A stretch of DNA of 27,467 nt, from positions 1-27,467 of the IMG/VR virus record IMGVR_UViG_3300048575_000466; one strand, given 5' to 3'. This document shows, piece by piece, positions 7,874 through 17,333 of this stretch. Below the pieces are notes generated by a model, which did not search any database, was not told the DNA's origin, and saw only the letters and a program-made list of their open reading frames with translations. The position numbers and the translations under genes are program-made. Each line of letters begins with the position of its first letter. Positions within the stretch are counted from its first letter, which is position 1. This DNA is from a virus. Its lineage: Duplodnaviria; Caudoviricetes.

Positions 7874-8467
7874 ATGGACTATTTTTTATTCTCACGTGTG
7901 AATAGCTCTGCAAGTGAAGATGCAAGTGAAATTATACGAAGAAAAGAACTGGAACGGATTTCAGAAAACGGGAAGGAGAAGGGTTGCTTTTATTGGGGGG
8001 CGTCACAAGGGGTCAATGACAACTATTTAAAACTGTTGGTCGAAAAAGCAAACACAAGGAGTCCTGTTGTGCATTTTTGCATGACAGACAACAAGACAAA
8101 GAAAACTTTGCCGCGTCCAAAAAAAGTTCGTTGGACGGCATATGCTGCAGAAAAAGAACTTGTCCGGCTCCCCGAGGGCGTAACTATTTACAGCTATAAG
8201 TATACTGACAAATCTGTTGAAATTAATAAATATTATGCCCTTGTCTGCCGATCTAAATCTGCATTAACAAACCAGGCATTGAGCAAGAAGACACTCTACC
8301 TAGACGCCATGAGGCATATAGGTACTGGCAATAAGTTGGGCCAGTCTGTGAACAGTCCAATTAGATACGATACAAACATTCATACTGGAAAATGCTATAA
8401 GACAATATTTTCTGCAGAGTTAATTTACCCTTATTTTGTACGCTTGACATGCCCGGAAGATGTCTAA
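7874..8467 (+). CDS. Hypothetical protein, 197 aa, AT-rich moron gene 2
   Basis: Clean ORF with GGGAGG RBS, 28 nt after gene 1; basic and aromatic-rich (IIRRKELER...FYWG...AELIYPYFVRL). Confidence 0.8.
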   Translation: MDYFLFSRVNSSASEDASEIIRRKELERISENGKEKGCFYWGASQGVNDNYLKLLVEKANTRSPVVHFCMTDNKTKKTLPRPKKVRWTAYAAEKELVRLPEGVTIYSYKYTDKSVEINKYYALVCRSKSALTNQALSKKTLYLDAMRHIGTGNKLGQSVNSPIRYDTNIHTGKCYKTIFSAELIYPYFVRLTCPEDV

Positions 8468-8533
8468 TTACTGTATCATTCTGTCAACGCTTCGACACAA
8501 CTGTAACTATTACGAGTCAGTGTTAGATATTTC

Positions 8534-9190
8534 CTATTCACCATCGTTAACAATTGGTTCGCCTGTGCTGCCACCTTGACACCCAACATGATGATGCTTT
8601 CTCAATTTAACTTCTCCGCTAACATGATCCACGTCCGCCCTTGACGTCCCGGTGATGTGCAGGTTTCCGCGCCAGACGCCTTCGCAGTCCGCGCCATCCT
8701 CGTCGCCGCCTAAATCCCAAACGGGCGCATAGAGCCCCATGCGCTGGCTGGCGCGCAGGCGGATGCGCGCGGCCGTCATGTCGATGTCGTCCTTGATGAC
8801 GGCCTTGAGCTTGTCGGCCTCGATCTCGACAACCCGTTGCTCTTTCAGCGTAATCCTGGCCCCGGACTGGTTGTAGACGCAGACTTCGCCGCTTTTCAGC
8901 GCCTGCACGCGGTAGCTGCCGTGCTCGGTGGCCACAATGACGCTGTGCGCGCTCTTGCCGCCAAGCGGCAGCACAATGCACTGGCTGCCCGCCGGCGGCG
9001 CGCTGGTGAAGCCGAAATGCTGGAAGACTTCGCTGGCCTGCAACTGCTCGCCAGCCAGGCCATCGGCCTGCACAAGCTGCACGCCGGGCGCAGTGTCCAG
9101 CGCCGTCAGCACCGCGCGAAAGCCCAGGCGCACCCGGGACAGGGCGCGCGCGATCTTGGCGTCCACGCGCCGCAAAAAATCATTGCTCAT
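8534..9190 (-). CDS. Baseplate spike/assembly protein V, Mu gp45-like, 218 aa
   Basis: EVFQHFGFTSAPPAG, VIVATEHGSYR, LKSGEVCVYNQSG; C-terminal His-x-His tip motif (KHHHVG). Confidence 0.92.
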   Translation of the reverse strand: MSNDFLRRVDAKIARALSRVRLGFRAVLTALDTAPGVQLVQADGLAGEQLQASEVFQHFGFTSAPPAGSQCIVLPLGGKSAHSVIVATEHGSYRVQALKSGEVCVYNQSGARITLKEQRVVEIEADKLKAVIKDDIDMTAARIRLRASQRMGLYAPVWDLGGDEDGADCEGVWRGNLHITGTSRADVDHVSGEVKLRKHHHVGCQGGSTGEPIVNDGE

Positions 9191-10290
9191 AACAAGTCCA
9201 CCACCTTCCCGGCGCTTGCCGCCTTGCCTTTGCTTTTGCCGCCGGTCTTGGCCAGCTCGGGCAGCCAGACGCCGTCCTCTTTGAGTACCAGCTCGGTCAC
9301 GCTCCCCTTGTCGCGGCCGCCCAGGAACGTGCGGCCCATGAGGAAATACACCGCGTCCAGGCCGTGGGGTTCGCTGACCAGCCGCACGCGCTGGCCGGGC
9401 GTCCAGGGTTGGCCGGCTTCCTGGCCCTCCTGGCCCATCCGGTGGCCGCGCACCAGGGCGGTGAGGGTCAGGCCCTCCAGGCGGGAATCCATCAAGGCCT
9501 TTTGCGCCCGGCGCTTGGCTTCGGTCGCGCCGTCGCAGTCGCCGGCAACGAGAATAAGCGGCCGGTAGCCCGGCACGTCCGGGTCCGTCTCGCGGTGCTG
9601 GATGTCATGCTGGCCGTCCGCCGTCTCGGTGCCGTGGGACTGGCCCAGCACCGTGACCTCGCTGTAGCGGCCGGACACGTCCTCGGTGACGGAAAGGGAA
9701 AGGACGTTGTTGCCTTTGCCGTCGAAGCGCAAAACCAGCGTGGCCACGGGCGCGGCCACGTAATCCGGGCCGCCGACCACCAGCGTGCCGTCCGGCCCGA
9801 ACCAGGCCCAGCAGCCGTTGGCCTCGCAGGCCTGCCCCAGCGCGTCCCAGGCCGTCATGCCCGGCTCGATCTCCACCTTCTCCCGCGCGTTCGTGACGTC
9901 CACCCGGACCTTGGCGATGCCGAGCGGCCGCACGGCCAGGTCCACCACTTCGGTCAGCGTCACCTTGCGCCGCGTGAAGATCGGGGCGCTGCAATCGACC
10001 AGCACGGCGGCCCCGTCGCGGCCGGAAAGCGTCAGGGACTGCGCCCCCTTGGCCACCTCGCGTTCGATGCGGTCGATGCGGCCGGTCAGCACCACGTCCT
10101 GGCCCAGGCAGGCTTCCATTTCCGCCCAGGGCCGCACCGTGGCCGGAATCCTGTCCGCAGGGATGCCGAGCGTCACGCGCCAGGCGTCGGCCGGGGTGAT
10201 CAGGTGCGACTCGATGCGGTAGGTGGTCCAGTCCCGATGCTCGCGGCCGGCCACGCGGATGGTGACGCGGTCTTCAGCGGGCGAAGCCAT
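9187..10290 (-). CDS. Baseplate hub protein, Mu gp44/gpP-like, 367 aa
   Basis: LSGRDGAAVLVDCSAP, IEPGMTAWDAL, RYSEVTVLGQ, PWTPGQRV motifs; position after gpN. Confidence 0.9.
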   Translation of the reverse strand: MASPAEDRVTIRVAGREHRDWTTYRIESHLITPADAWRVTLGIPADRIPATVRPWAEMEACLGQDVVLTGRIDRIEREVAKGAQSLTLSGRDGAAVLVDCSAPIFTRRKVTLTEVVDLAVRPLGIAKVRVDVTNAREKVEIEPGMTAWDALGQACEANGCWAWFGPDGTLVVGGPDYVAAPVATLVLRFDGKGNNVLSLSVTEDVSGRYSEVTVLGQSHGTETADGQHDIQHRETDPDVPGYRPLILVAGDCDGATEAKRRAQKALMDSRLEGLTLTALVRGHRMGQEGQEAGQPWTPGQRVRLVSEPHGLDAVYFLMGRTFLGGRDKGSVTELVLKEDGVWLPELAKTGGKSKGKAASAGKVVDLL

Positions 10291-11632
10291 GGAGCGCCTG
10301 TCCTTGGGCGATGAAGTTGGGATTGCGCAGGCCCGGGTTCAGCCGCATCAATTCGGCCGCCCGGGTGTGGTCGCCGTAGAGCCAATGCGCGAAAAGCCGC
10401 AGGTTGCACAGGCTCGGCGCGGTGTGCGTCACCAGCGGCGGGTGCAGGTGAATGACCGTGGCCCCCAGCTCCTGGATGGCCAGCGCCGCCGCGCGCAGAC
10501 GCTCCACGACCGGGTAGGCCAGGTGCGTGGGCAGCACGAGCCGGTGCTCGTCCATGCAGTCCTGGTAACGCTGGCGCGTCGCGCCGACGATGGTTTCGAC
10601 CTCGGCCGGGGTAAGCGACGGCGCGGCCGCCTCGGCGGAAAGCGCCGCGCCGGCGGCGTTGCCCATGGCCACGGCCCGCTCCAGGTTGCACACGGCCGCC
10701 GCCATGGCCAGGGCCTGGCCCTGGGGCGTGCCCAGGTCCGCAACGGGCGCGGGGCCGGCCGTTCCCGTCGCCGGCACGGTCACGCTGGGCCGGGGCGCGG
10801 CCGCCACGGACAGGGGGCCGGAAACCACGCCGCCGGCGTAGAGCGCCGGGTCCAAATGGTAGGCCGTGGCGGTGCCGGCGGCCGTCAGGGGCAGGCGCGG
10901 CAGCCGGTCCGACATGGCGGCCAGACTGGCGAAGCGGCCGAAGGTTTCCGCCGGCAGGCCGGCCAAGTCGGTCACGGCCGTGGCCACGGCCCGGGCCTCG
11001 GAAGCCAGCGCCTGGGGGATGGCCAGGAAGTCGGCGGCCACCACCCGGGGCAGGCTGGCCAGGTCCCTGGCCAGGACGGTGACGGACCGGATCGCGCCCA
11101 CGACCTGGCCCCGGACGTAGGCCGAGAGCCTAGCCGGAAGCGTCGCGGCCCAGGCGGCATAGCCGGCCCAGGACGCCAGCGTGGCCAGGGACAAGGCGCT
11201 TTGCTGGTCGCCGGCCAGCCCCAGGGCTTGGGCCGTGGGCGTGGCCGGCTTGTCGAAAAAGGGAATGTCCGGGCTGGCCTCGGTAAAGACCAGCTCCATC
11301 TCGGCGTAGTCCGGGTGGTCCTCGTGGTGGTCCACGCGGTAGCTGGGGCAGGCCACGGTCAGGGAGCCGAACACCGGGTGGATCAGCTCGCCCTTGCCGG
11401 GCGTGTCCAGGGCCTTGATAAGGGCGGTCACGACGTCTTCGTAGTCCTCGCCCCAAAAGACGGCCCGGACCGTGACCTTGCGCGGCCGCCGGCCCATGTC
11501 CTCGATCTCCGCGCCGTCGCGGTACGGGTATTCGTGCTGGACGATGGCCCGCTCCACGTCGTCGCGGGCGGCGACGACGTCGAAGGGCACGCCGCGAAAG
11601 GAAGCCGGCAAAAGGGAATCGCGCCAGGCCAT
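10274..11632 (-). CDS. DNA circularization protein, Mu gpN-like, 452 aa
   Basis: N-terminal WRDSLLPASFRGVPF...HEYPYRDGAEIEDMGR...GELIHPVFG; C-terminal AHWLYGDHTRAAELMRLNP. Confidence 0.93.
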   Translation of the reverse strand: MAWRDSLLPASFRGVPFDVVAARDDVERAIVQHEYPYRDGAEIEDMGRRPRKVTVRAVFWGEDYEDVVTALIKALDTPGKGELIHPVFGSLTVACPSYRVDHHEDHPDYAEMELVFTEASPDIPFFDKPATPTAQALGLAGDQQSALSLATLASWAGYAAWAATLPARLSAYVRGQVVGAIRSVTVLARDLASLPRVVAADFLAIPQALASEARAVATAVTDLAGLPAETFGRFASLAAMSDRLPRLPLTAAGTATAYHLDPALYAGGVVSGPLSVAAAPRPSVTVPATGTAGPAPVADLGTPQGQALAMAAAVCNLERAVAMGNAAGAALSAEAAAPSLTPAEVETIVGATRQRYQDCMDEHRLVLPTHLAYPVVERLRAAALAIQELGATVIHLHPPLVTHTAPSLCNLRLFAHWLYGDHTRAAELMRLNPGLRNPNFIAQGQALHGFAR

Positions 11633-11634
11633 GA

Positions 11635-13809
11635 CTACTCCCGCTTGGCGTCGGCCGTGTTGTAGCTGTTCACGACCCGCGCCATTTCGTGGCCGTCAAC
11701 ATGGAGCACGGATTCCACGCGCAAGGTGCTCTTGTCCTCGACCACGACCTTTTGCGCGTCGGCCCTGGCCTGGTCCGATGGCCCCCAGAGCTTTTCCCCG
11801 GCCCAGCGGCCGATGTCGCTGCCGGCCCACCAGCCGGCGGCCCCGCCGGCCAGCCCGCCGAGCGCCCCGCCAACGGCCGTGCCGAGCCCGGGCACCACGG
11901 ACCCCAGGGCCGCGCCGCCCATGGCCCCGAGCTTCATGCCGGCGATGGCCCCGGCCAGGCCGCCGGCGTTTTCGGTGTGGCGGGCGTTTTTCTGCGCCCG
12001 GGTCAAGGCGCTGTCGGTTTCGGTGGAATAGATGTCCCAGGCGGCCAGCCCGGCCGTGGCCAGGACGCCGCCCTTGCCGCCGAACAGGCCGAGCAGCCCG
12101 CCCCGGCCGGCGACCCCGGTAGCGGCGGCAGCGGCCGCGCCGCCGGCCCCGCCGGTGAAAAGGCGCATGGCTCCAAAGGCGGCGGCCGCCGCGCTCATGA
12201 CGCCGATGGCCGTGGCCGCCTCGGTGGCCGCCGTGGCCAGGACCGGAAACCGCCGGGCCAGGTCGGCGGCCGTATCCGCCGTCGCCTTGAGCGGGCCGGA
12301 CACGTCGCCGAGCATGCGCGAGCGCGCGATTTCGGCCTCGTTGCCGGCGCGCTCCATGGAGGCGGCCGTGGTGGACTGGTAGACCTGATAGGCCGTTTCG
12401 CCCGTGCCTTTGGCGGTTCGTATCTGGCCCGCCACGTCGGCGATGTAGTCCTTCTGGTTGGTGGCGGCGATGAGCGCCAGGAGCGCCTGCCGGTCCTGGA
12501 CCACCTTGCCCACGGCCGAGGCCTCGGCCAGGTCAGTCATGTCGGAAAGGATTTGCAGGCGCTCCGGGCCTTGCGCCTTGCCCAGGCGCGCCTTGAGACC
12601 GGCATAGCGCTTGTCCTTGCCCACCACCTGCTCGTCCACGAGCCTGGCGAATGCCTCCAGGGGCAGCAGGCCCTTTTCCCGCGCCCGGGCGAGCGTGCCG
12701 GTCAGGTCGATGCCGAGCTTTTTGAAATCCTTTTGCGTGTCCTGGCTGTTGAGCTTTTGCAGCAGGTTGACCAGGTTGTTGCCTGCTTCGTCCTTGCTGC
12801 CGGCCGTGACGGCCGCCGCCTGGGAATAGGCCAGAATCTGCTCGAAGCCGGCCATGGACTTCATGCCCGAGCCCAGGGCCATCATCTTGGGCAGCCACTT
12901 GGCCATGTCGCGCAACTCGAAGCCGCCGGCCTGTCCGGCGGCCATGGCCTTGTCCAGGGCTTCGCCGGCCTGCCCCTCGGAGAAGAATTTTTGCTGGATG
13001 CCCCGGATGACGATTTCCGCGATCTCGCCGGAGCCGGCCCCGGCGGCGCTGGCGAACTTCTGGATGGTGGGCAAAAGCCTTTGAGCGCTATCCGCCTGGA
13101 CGGCCCCCGAGGCGAGCATGGCGTCCAGCGCTTCGGCCGCTTGGTCGCGGCTGCCGCCGCCCTGGCGCACAGCCGTGTTGACCGCGCCCTCCAGGTCCTT
13201 CATGCCGGCGATGCGGCCGGCCGCGTCGCGGTCGGCGTAGGCGGTGTTGGCCATGAGCGCCATGCGCTTCTCAAAAGCGATGGGCTGGCGCAGGGCCGCC
13301 GCCGCGACGCCGGCTCCGGCGGCCGCGCCCGCGCCGGTCTGGCCGATGCCCTGGCCGATGCCTTTCACCGCGCCAAGGGCCGAGCGGCCGGCCGCGCCCA
13401 CGCCGCGCAAGACGTCGCGCAAGCGACTGCCGGCCCGGGCCGTCCGGTCCAGCTCCTGCCCGGCCTGTCGGCTCTCCTTCCCGAGCCTGTCCGCCTCGCG
13501 CGCGGCTTGGCCGAGGCCGCTTGCGCGCACCTTGTCGGCCGCGCGGCCGACGTCTTCCACCTCCCGCGCGGCCCGGCCGGCGGTCTGGCCCAGGCCGCCC
13601 ATGAGCCTGTCCGTGCGTGCGGCGGCGATGCCGACCGAACGCACGCCCTCGCCGGCGCGGTCCATGCGGCCAAGCTCCCGGGCGGCGGCTCCGGCTCCCT
13701 GGCCCACGCCCCGGGCGGCCCGGGTGACGGCGTCCAGCGCCTTGGCCGCCCGGCCGCCCATCTCGTCGCGCAGGCGCAGGACGACCGCGATTTCCGTGCT
13801 CTTGCCCAT
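11635..13809 (-). CDS. Tail tape measure protein, 724 aa
   Basis: Long Ala/Gly-rich helical protein between the chaperone and gpN; AGQAGGFELRDMAKWLP core; C-terminal Gly/hydrophobic segments. Confidence 0.9.
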   Translation of the reverse strand: MGKSTEIAVVLRLRDEMGGRAAKALDAVTRAARGVGQGAGAAARELGRMDRAGEGVRSVGIAAARTDRLMGGLGQTAGRAAREVEDVGRAADKVRASGLGQAAREADRLGKESRQAGQELDRTARAGSRLRDVLRGVGAAGRSALGAVKGIGQGIGQTGAGAAAGAGVAAAALRQPIAFEKRMALMANTAYADRDAAGRIAGMKDLEGAVNTAVRQGGGSRDQAAEALDAMLASGAVQADSAQRLLPTIQKFASAAGAGSGEIAEIVIRGIQQKFFSEGQAGEALDKAMAAGQAGGFELRDMAKWLPKMMALGSGMKSMAGFEQILAYSQAAAVTAGSKDEAGNNLVNLLQKLNSQDTQKDFKKLGIDLTGTLARAREKGLLPLEAFARLVDEQVVGKDKRYAGLKARLGKAQGPERLQILSDMTDLAEASAVGKVVQDRQALLALIAATNQKDYIADVAGQIRTAKGTGETAYQVYQSTTAASMERAGNEAEIARSRMLGDVSGPLKATADTAADLARRFPVLATAATEAATAIGVMSAAAAAFGAMRLFTGGAGGAAAAAATGVAGRGGLLGLFGGKGGVLATAGLAAWDIYSTETDSALTRAQKNARHTENAGGLAGAIAGMKLGAMGGAALGSVVPGLGTAVGGALGGLAGGAAGWWAGSDIGRWAGEKLWGPSDQARADAQKVVVEDKSTLRVESVLHVDGHEMARVVNSYNTADAKRE

Positions 13810-13812
13810 GGC

Positions 13813-14291
13813 CTACGCTCCCTGTTTGCGGCGGCGCGGAATGATGCGCCGGCCGTTCCCGGTCCCGGCGCGGCCGGTCAGGATGGCCAGATAGGCTTCC
13901 GCCTGCGGCATGGTCATGGTGCGAATGTCCCCCAACGTAAAAGCCTTGCCCGCCAGCGCTACTTCGAGGAGCCGGTAGTCCCGGAGTCGGCGCTCGCGGG
14001 CGCGAGCTTTCCCCGCAGGGCCTCCTCGGCCTCGGAAAGGGACGTGTAGTCGCTGTAATGCAGGCCGGCCAACAGCTCGGGCGTGACGGCTTCGGCCGGC
14101 AGCGTGCCCAGGCGCGTGAGCGCGCGCGACCAGACATAGCGCGACAGACGCGCCGAACAGGCGTTTTCCGGGGCGTTTTCGATGGCCCATTCCATGTCCT
14201 CGATGGTGGGCACGCGCATCTCGAAGTCCTTGTGCAGCGCGCCGGCCGCGTCGCGGTAGCCGACCGACAGTTGCCCGGTGACGGTAATCAT
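13813..14291 (-). CDS. Tail assembly chaperone, -1 frameshift-extended form (159 aa predicted)
   Basis: Slip at G GGA AAG joins ...EEALRGK to ARARERRLRDYRLLEVALAGK...KQGA*, ending 3 nt before the tape measure ATG. Confidence 0.8.
13959..14291 (-). CDS. Tail assembly chaperone (Mu gp41-like), 110 aa
   Basis: Small acidic protein between tube and tape measure genes. Confidence 0.85.
   Translation of the reverse strand: MITVTGQLSVGYRDAAGALHKDFEMRVPTIEDMEWAIENAPENACSARLSRYVWSRALTRLGTLPAEAVTPELLAGLHYSDYTSLSEAEEALRGKLAPASADSGTTGSSK
14007..14013 (-). promoter_or_regulatory. Programmed -1 frameshift slippery heptamer GGGAAAG
   Basis: In-phase G GGA AAG (Gly-Lys), the same heptamer as lambda G/GT. 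Confidence 0.82.
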
Positions 14292-14294
14292 AGG

Positions 14295-14669
14295 CTATTC
14301 CTCCACTTTGTTGAGCGACAACAGCTTGGCGTCGATGCGCGCCTCGTTGTCCACGGTGTATTTGCCGCCGATGCTGACCACGGCGCAGTCCTGGTAGCTC
14401 TCCCGCTTGCCGCCGTCGGTGACCGGGTAAACGGTCAGCTTGGCCCCTTCGACGGCCGACCAGTCCAGGGCGTCGTCCTTGGGAATGGCGGCGGTGACGG
14501 ACAGCTCCCAGGTTTTCACGCCCTGGTGGTAGCCCATGGCCCGGCCGGTGCGGTTCATGGTTTTAACGACCTTGCGGCCGGTTTCGTGCTGTTCGGAAAA
14601 ATCCACGACCTCGTATTCCCGGCCGTCGATCTCCAGAATGATCGCGCCCAGGTATTCCTTTAACGCCAC
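14295..14669 (-). CDS. Tail tube protein, 124 aa
   Basis: Position between sheath and chaperone; beta-rich; GGAGGG RBS and GTG start. Confidence 0.82.
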   Translation of the reverse strand: MALKEYLGAIILEIDGREYEVVDFSEQHETGRKVVKTMNRTGRAMGYHQGVKTWELSVTAAIPKDDALDWSAVEGAKLTVYPVTDGGKRESYQDCAVVSIGGKYTVDNEARIDAKLLSLNKVEE

Positions 14670-14684
14670 GATAAGTTCCCTCCG

Positions 14685-16109
14685 TTAGAGCAGCAGGTCG
14701 ATGCGGCCGGCGAACACGTGCAGCCCGTTGACCACGTCCGCCGGGATCAGGGCATTGAGCCGGTTGGGGTCCTGGCTGTCGCGTTCCACGATGAGCCCGG
14801 GCAGGTTGGCCTTGACCTCCTCCACGATCTCCAGCTCCTCGCACTTGTAGAGCACGTCGATGAGTTCCGAGCGTACCTTGGCTTCCGTGCGGCTGGTCAG
14901 CTTTTCGCGGGGAAAGCGCAGGCTGATGCGCTCGCGGCAGGCCGTGCGCAGGTAGTCCAGGGTGCGGATGGTGGTGAGGTCTAAAAGCGCGATGTCTTCG
15001 ATGCCCTGGGCGTCGCGAGTGTAGGTGGTGATGGCGCGCACGATCTGCACCACCTCGCCCGGGCCGACCTCCAGGGGCGTGACGCCGTTATAGAGGGCCG
15101 ATTCCTGTTCCATGCGGCCCAGGCGCGCGGGCACGGGCGGCACGGCCACGGGGGAAAGGGCCAACGTGTTGAGCGGCCGGGCCGGGTCCTCCTCGCTGGC
15201 GATGACGGCGGCGTAGGCTGCGGCCACCACCCACGCCGGCGAGGGCGTGCCGGGCAGCAGGCCGCAGGTGATGCGGCCCGAGTTGATGAGCCCGGCCAGG
15301 GTGGTGGCCGCCGCCAGCGTGCCGGTGTGGGCGTAGACGCCGACGGCCCCGCGCTGCTCCAGGGCGTGGCTGACCGCGTCCAGATGCGAGCGTAAGGCGG
15401 TCAGTTGCGTCTGGCCGCTGTAGGGCACGGCGATGATGTCGTGCCCGTCCGCGAACACGGCGGCCAGGCCCGGGGCGATGTCCGGGTCGCTCATGCCGCC
15501 GGCCATGGGCGCGACTTCCGCCGCCAGCCCGGGCACGGCCAGGGAGGCGGCGAGGCTGACGCCGTTGCTGGCCGCGCCCTTGTTGCGGGCGGTCAGGGTC
15601 ACGACGCCGTTTGCGGCGGCGGCCGTCACGGGCAGGATGCGGCTGGCGTTGACGCGCTCGGCCAGGGCGTCGGCCACGGCGGCCGCGGCATCGCCCAAGG
15701 CGGCAGCCACCTGCACCAGCTGGGAGCCGATGGTCAGGTTGACCACGCCGACGCCGGTGGACGTGCCGGTGAGCGTCAGCTTCCCCGTGGCCGCGATGCC
15801 GGCCGCGTCGTCCGGCACGGTCACGACCGTCAGGCGCAGGTACGGGTTCGCGGTGATGGCCGCGCGCACCATGAGGTGGGCCAGGGAGCCGGTGCCGAAA
15901 AGCGCGCGCGCTTCCTCGTCGGAAAAGACCTCCACCGGCGTCAGCGCCGGCTGGGAGCCCTCGGCCGTGCCCTGGGCCACGATGAGCATGCGCTGCACGT
16001 TGGCCGGCAGCGTGCGCACGGCCAGTTTGGTGTTGAACTCGAAATACTTGCCCGGCTTGCGGATGGAGGCCGGCAAGGTGTCGAAGCTGATATGCGGGCT
16101 GGCCATCAT
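14685..16109 (-). CDS. Tail sheath protein, Mu gpL-like, 474 aa
   Basis: ISFDTLPASIRKPGKYFEF, DPARPLNTLAL, ALYNGVTPL, DVVNGLHVFAGRIDLLL. Confidence 0.95.
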   Translation of the reverse strand: MMASPHISFDTLPASIRKPGKYFEFNTKLAVRTLPANVQRMLIVAQGTAEGSQPALTPVEVFSDEEARALFGTGSLAHLMVRAAITANPYLRLTVVTVPDDAAGIAATGKLTLTGTSTGVGVVNLTIGSQLVQVAAALGDAAAAVADALAERVNASRILPVTAAAANGVVTLTARNKGAASNGVSLAASLAVPGLAAEVAPMAGGMSDPDIAPGLAAVFADGHDIIAVPYSGQTQLTALRSHLDAVSHALEQRGAVGVYAHTGTLAAATTLAGLINSGRITCGLLPGTPSPAWVVAAAYAAVIASEEDPARPLNTLALSPVAVPPVPARLGRMEQESALYNGVTPLEVGPGEVVQIVRAITTYTRDAQGIEDIALLDLTTIRTLDYLRTACRERISLRFPREKLTSRTEAKVRSELIDVLYKCEELEIVEEVKANLPGLIVERDSQDPNRLNALIPADVVNGLHVFAGRIDLLL

Positions 16110-16315
16110 TCCTCCTTGGGCGTCTGCGGCGCGGCCTCGGGCTTGGCTGCGGCGGCCTTGGCCGGCACGAGCAGCAAGTCGCGGTCGGCGATGCGGCGGC
16201 GGTAAAAGGCGCTGTCGGCCACGGCCACGGGCGCGGCGTCGGTGATGTAGCGGCGCGGCATGCCCTCCATGGGCACGCGCAGGCCGGGCGCGGCGCGCAC
16301 GGTGATGGTGTTCAC
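16106..16315 (-). CDS. Mu gp38/DUF2635-like small protein, 69 aa
   Basis: GTG overlapping the upstream stop (GTGA) with AAGGAG RBS; VRAAPGLRVPME...SAFYRRRIADRDL. Confidence 0.85.
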   Translation of the reverse strand: MNTITVRAAPGLRVPMEGMPRRYITDAAPVAVADSAFYRRRIADRDLLLVPAKAAAAKPEAAPQTPKEE

Positions 16316-16890
16316 GGCTTGTCTCCTTGTAGTTCGACCAAGTCGGCGGCGTCGGCCACGCCGTCGTCGGGCTGCAAGTGGTAGTTGAGCCCCACGCGCT
16401 CCAGCAGGGGTGGCTCGGGCGTTTCCAGCTCGCGCAGGCGCAAGGGGTAGATGGTGTGCCACTCCAGGGCGAAGGCGGACACGGCCTGGCCCTTGAGGCT
16501 GGCGTTTACGATGGTGCGGGCGCGGCCCGGCACGAAGGGATCGATGGGCAGGCCCAGGTCCTGGCCGGTCAGCAGCCGGCGCACGTCGGCAAGCATGCGG
16601 TAGGTGCCGACCTGCCGGCCGTCGCCCTGGCGGGTGGACGCCTCGGAGCGCAGGTTGCGCGCGCCGACCAGCACCACGAAGGTGGCCGGGATGTGCCAGA
16701 TTTCCTTGCTGGTGCTGATTGCTCTGCCCGGGCCGTCGTGGGCGAAGACCACCCACACGGCCGGGAAACGGCGCACCACCGGGTCCAAGCCTTCGTCGAA
16801 CTCGCCGCCGTAGGTGGCGACGTGCGGCTTGTAGGGCAAGGCCGCCTCGGCGATGCGCGCCTTGATGGCCTCCTCGATGACGGCGATCAC
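16312..16890 (-). CDS. Mu gp37/DUF1834-like tail completion protein, 192 aa
   Basis: GTG at 16890 overlapping the gp36 stop; IEEAIKARI, VATYGGEFD, PAVWVVF. Confidence 0.85.
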   Translation of the reverse strand: MIAVIEEAIKARIAEAALPYKPHVATYGGEFDEGLDPVVRRFPAVWVVFAHDGPGRAISTSKEIWHIPATFVVLVGARNLRSEASTRQGDGRQVGTYRMLADVRRLLTGQDLGLPIDPFVPGRARTIVNASLKGQAVSAFALEWHTIYPLRLRELETPEPPLLERVGLNYHLQPDDGVADAADLVELQGDKP

Positions 16891-17333
16891 GCCCCGTCTC
16901 CCTGCGGCGGCCGGAACGTCCGGCCCGGCCGCCGGTCGAACACCCGGCGGCCAGTGGAAAACACCACCCCGGCCGCGCTGCCCTCGCCGGGCAGGGACTG
17001 GCCGGGCAGGTCGGCCTTGCCGTCGGCGATGCGCGTGAGCCACTGCACGGCCTGGCGGTAGCGCTCCAGGATCGGGTCCGTCTCGCTGGCCGGGCCGCCG
17101 GTCAGGCGGTAGCGGGCGATGTCGCACACGGCCGCCACCAGCACCGGCGGCACGGGCGCGGCGATGGGCACGGCGTAGCGCCTGGCCAGGTAGCTGTCCG
17201 CCTCGGATGCGGCGCGGGAAAGCGCCGCCTCGACCAGCGCCGCGTCCACGTCGCCGGCGTTTTCACGGTCGGCGATGGCCAGCAGCTCGTCCTCGCCGAA
17301 GGCGGCGGTCATGTCGTCCAGGGTGGCGTACAT
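16887..17333 (-). CDS. Mu gp36/DUF1320-like head-tail connector, 148 aa
   Basis: MYATLDDM, ASEADSYLARRYAVP, CDIARYRL, RYRQAVQWLTRIADGK. Confidence 0.92.
   Translation of the reverse strand: MYATLDDMTAAFGEDELLAIADRENAGDVDAALVEAALSRAASEADSYLARRYAVPIAAPVPPVLVAAVCDIARYRLTGGPASETDPILERYRQAVQWLTRIADGKADLPGQSLPGEGSAAGVVFSTGRRVFDRRPGRTFRPPQGDGA

Noticed and set aside
1-8467. Methyltransferase plus GIY-YIG nuclease as a type II restriction-modification pair
   Set aside because: They are 6.6 kb apart, on opposite strands, with different GC content; the methylase appears late and Com-coupled, so it would not protect the lysogen.
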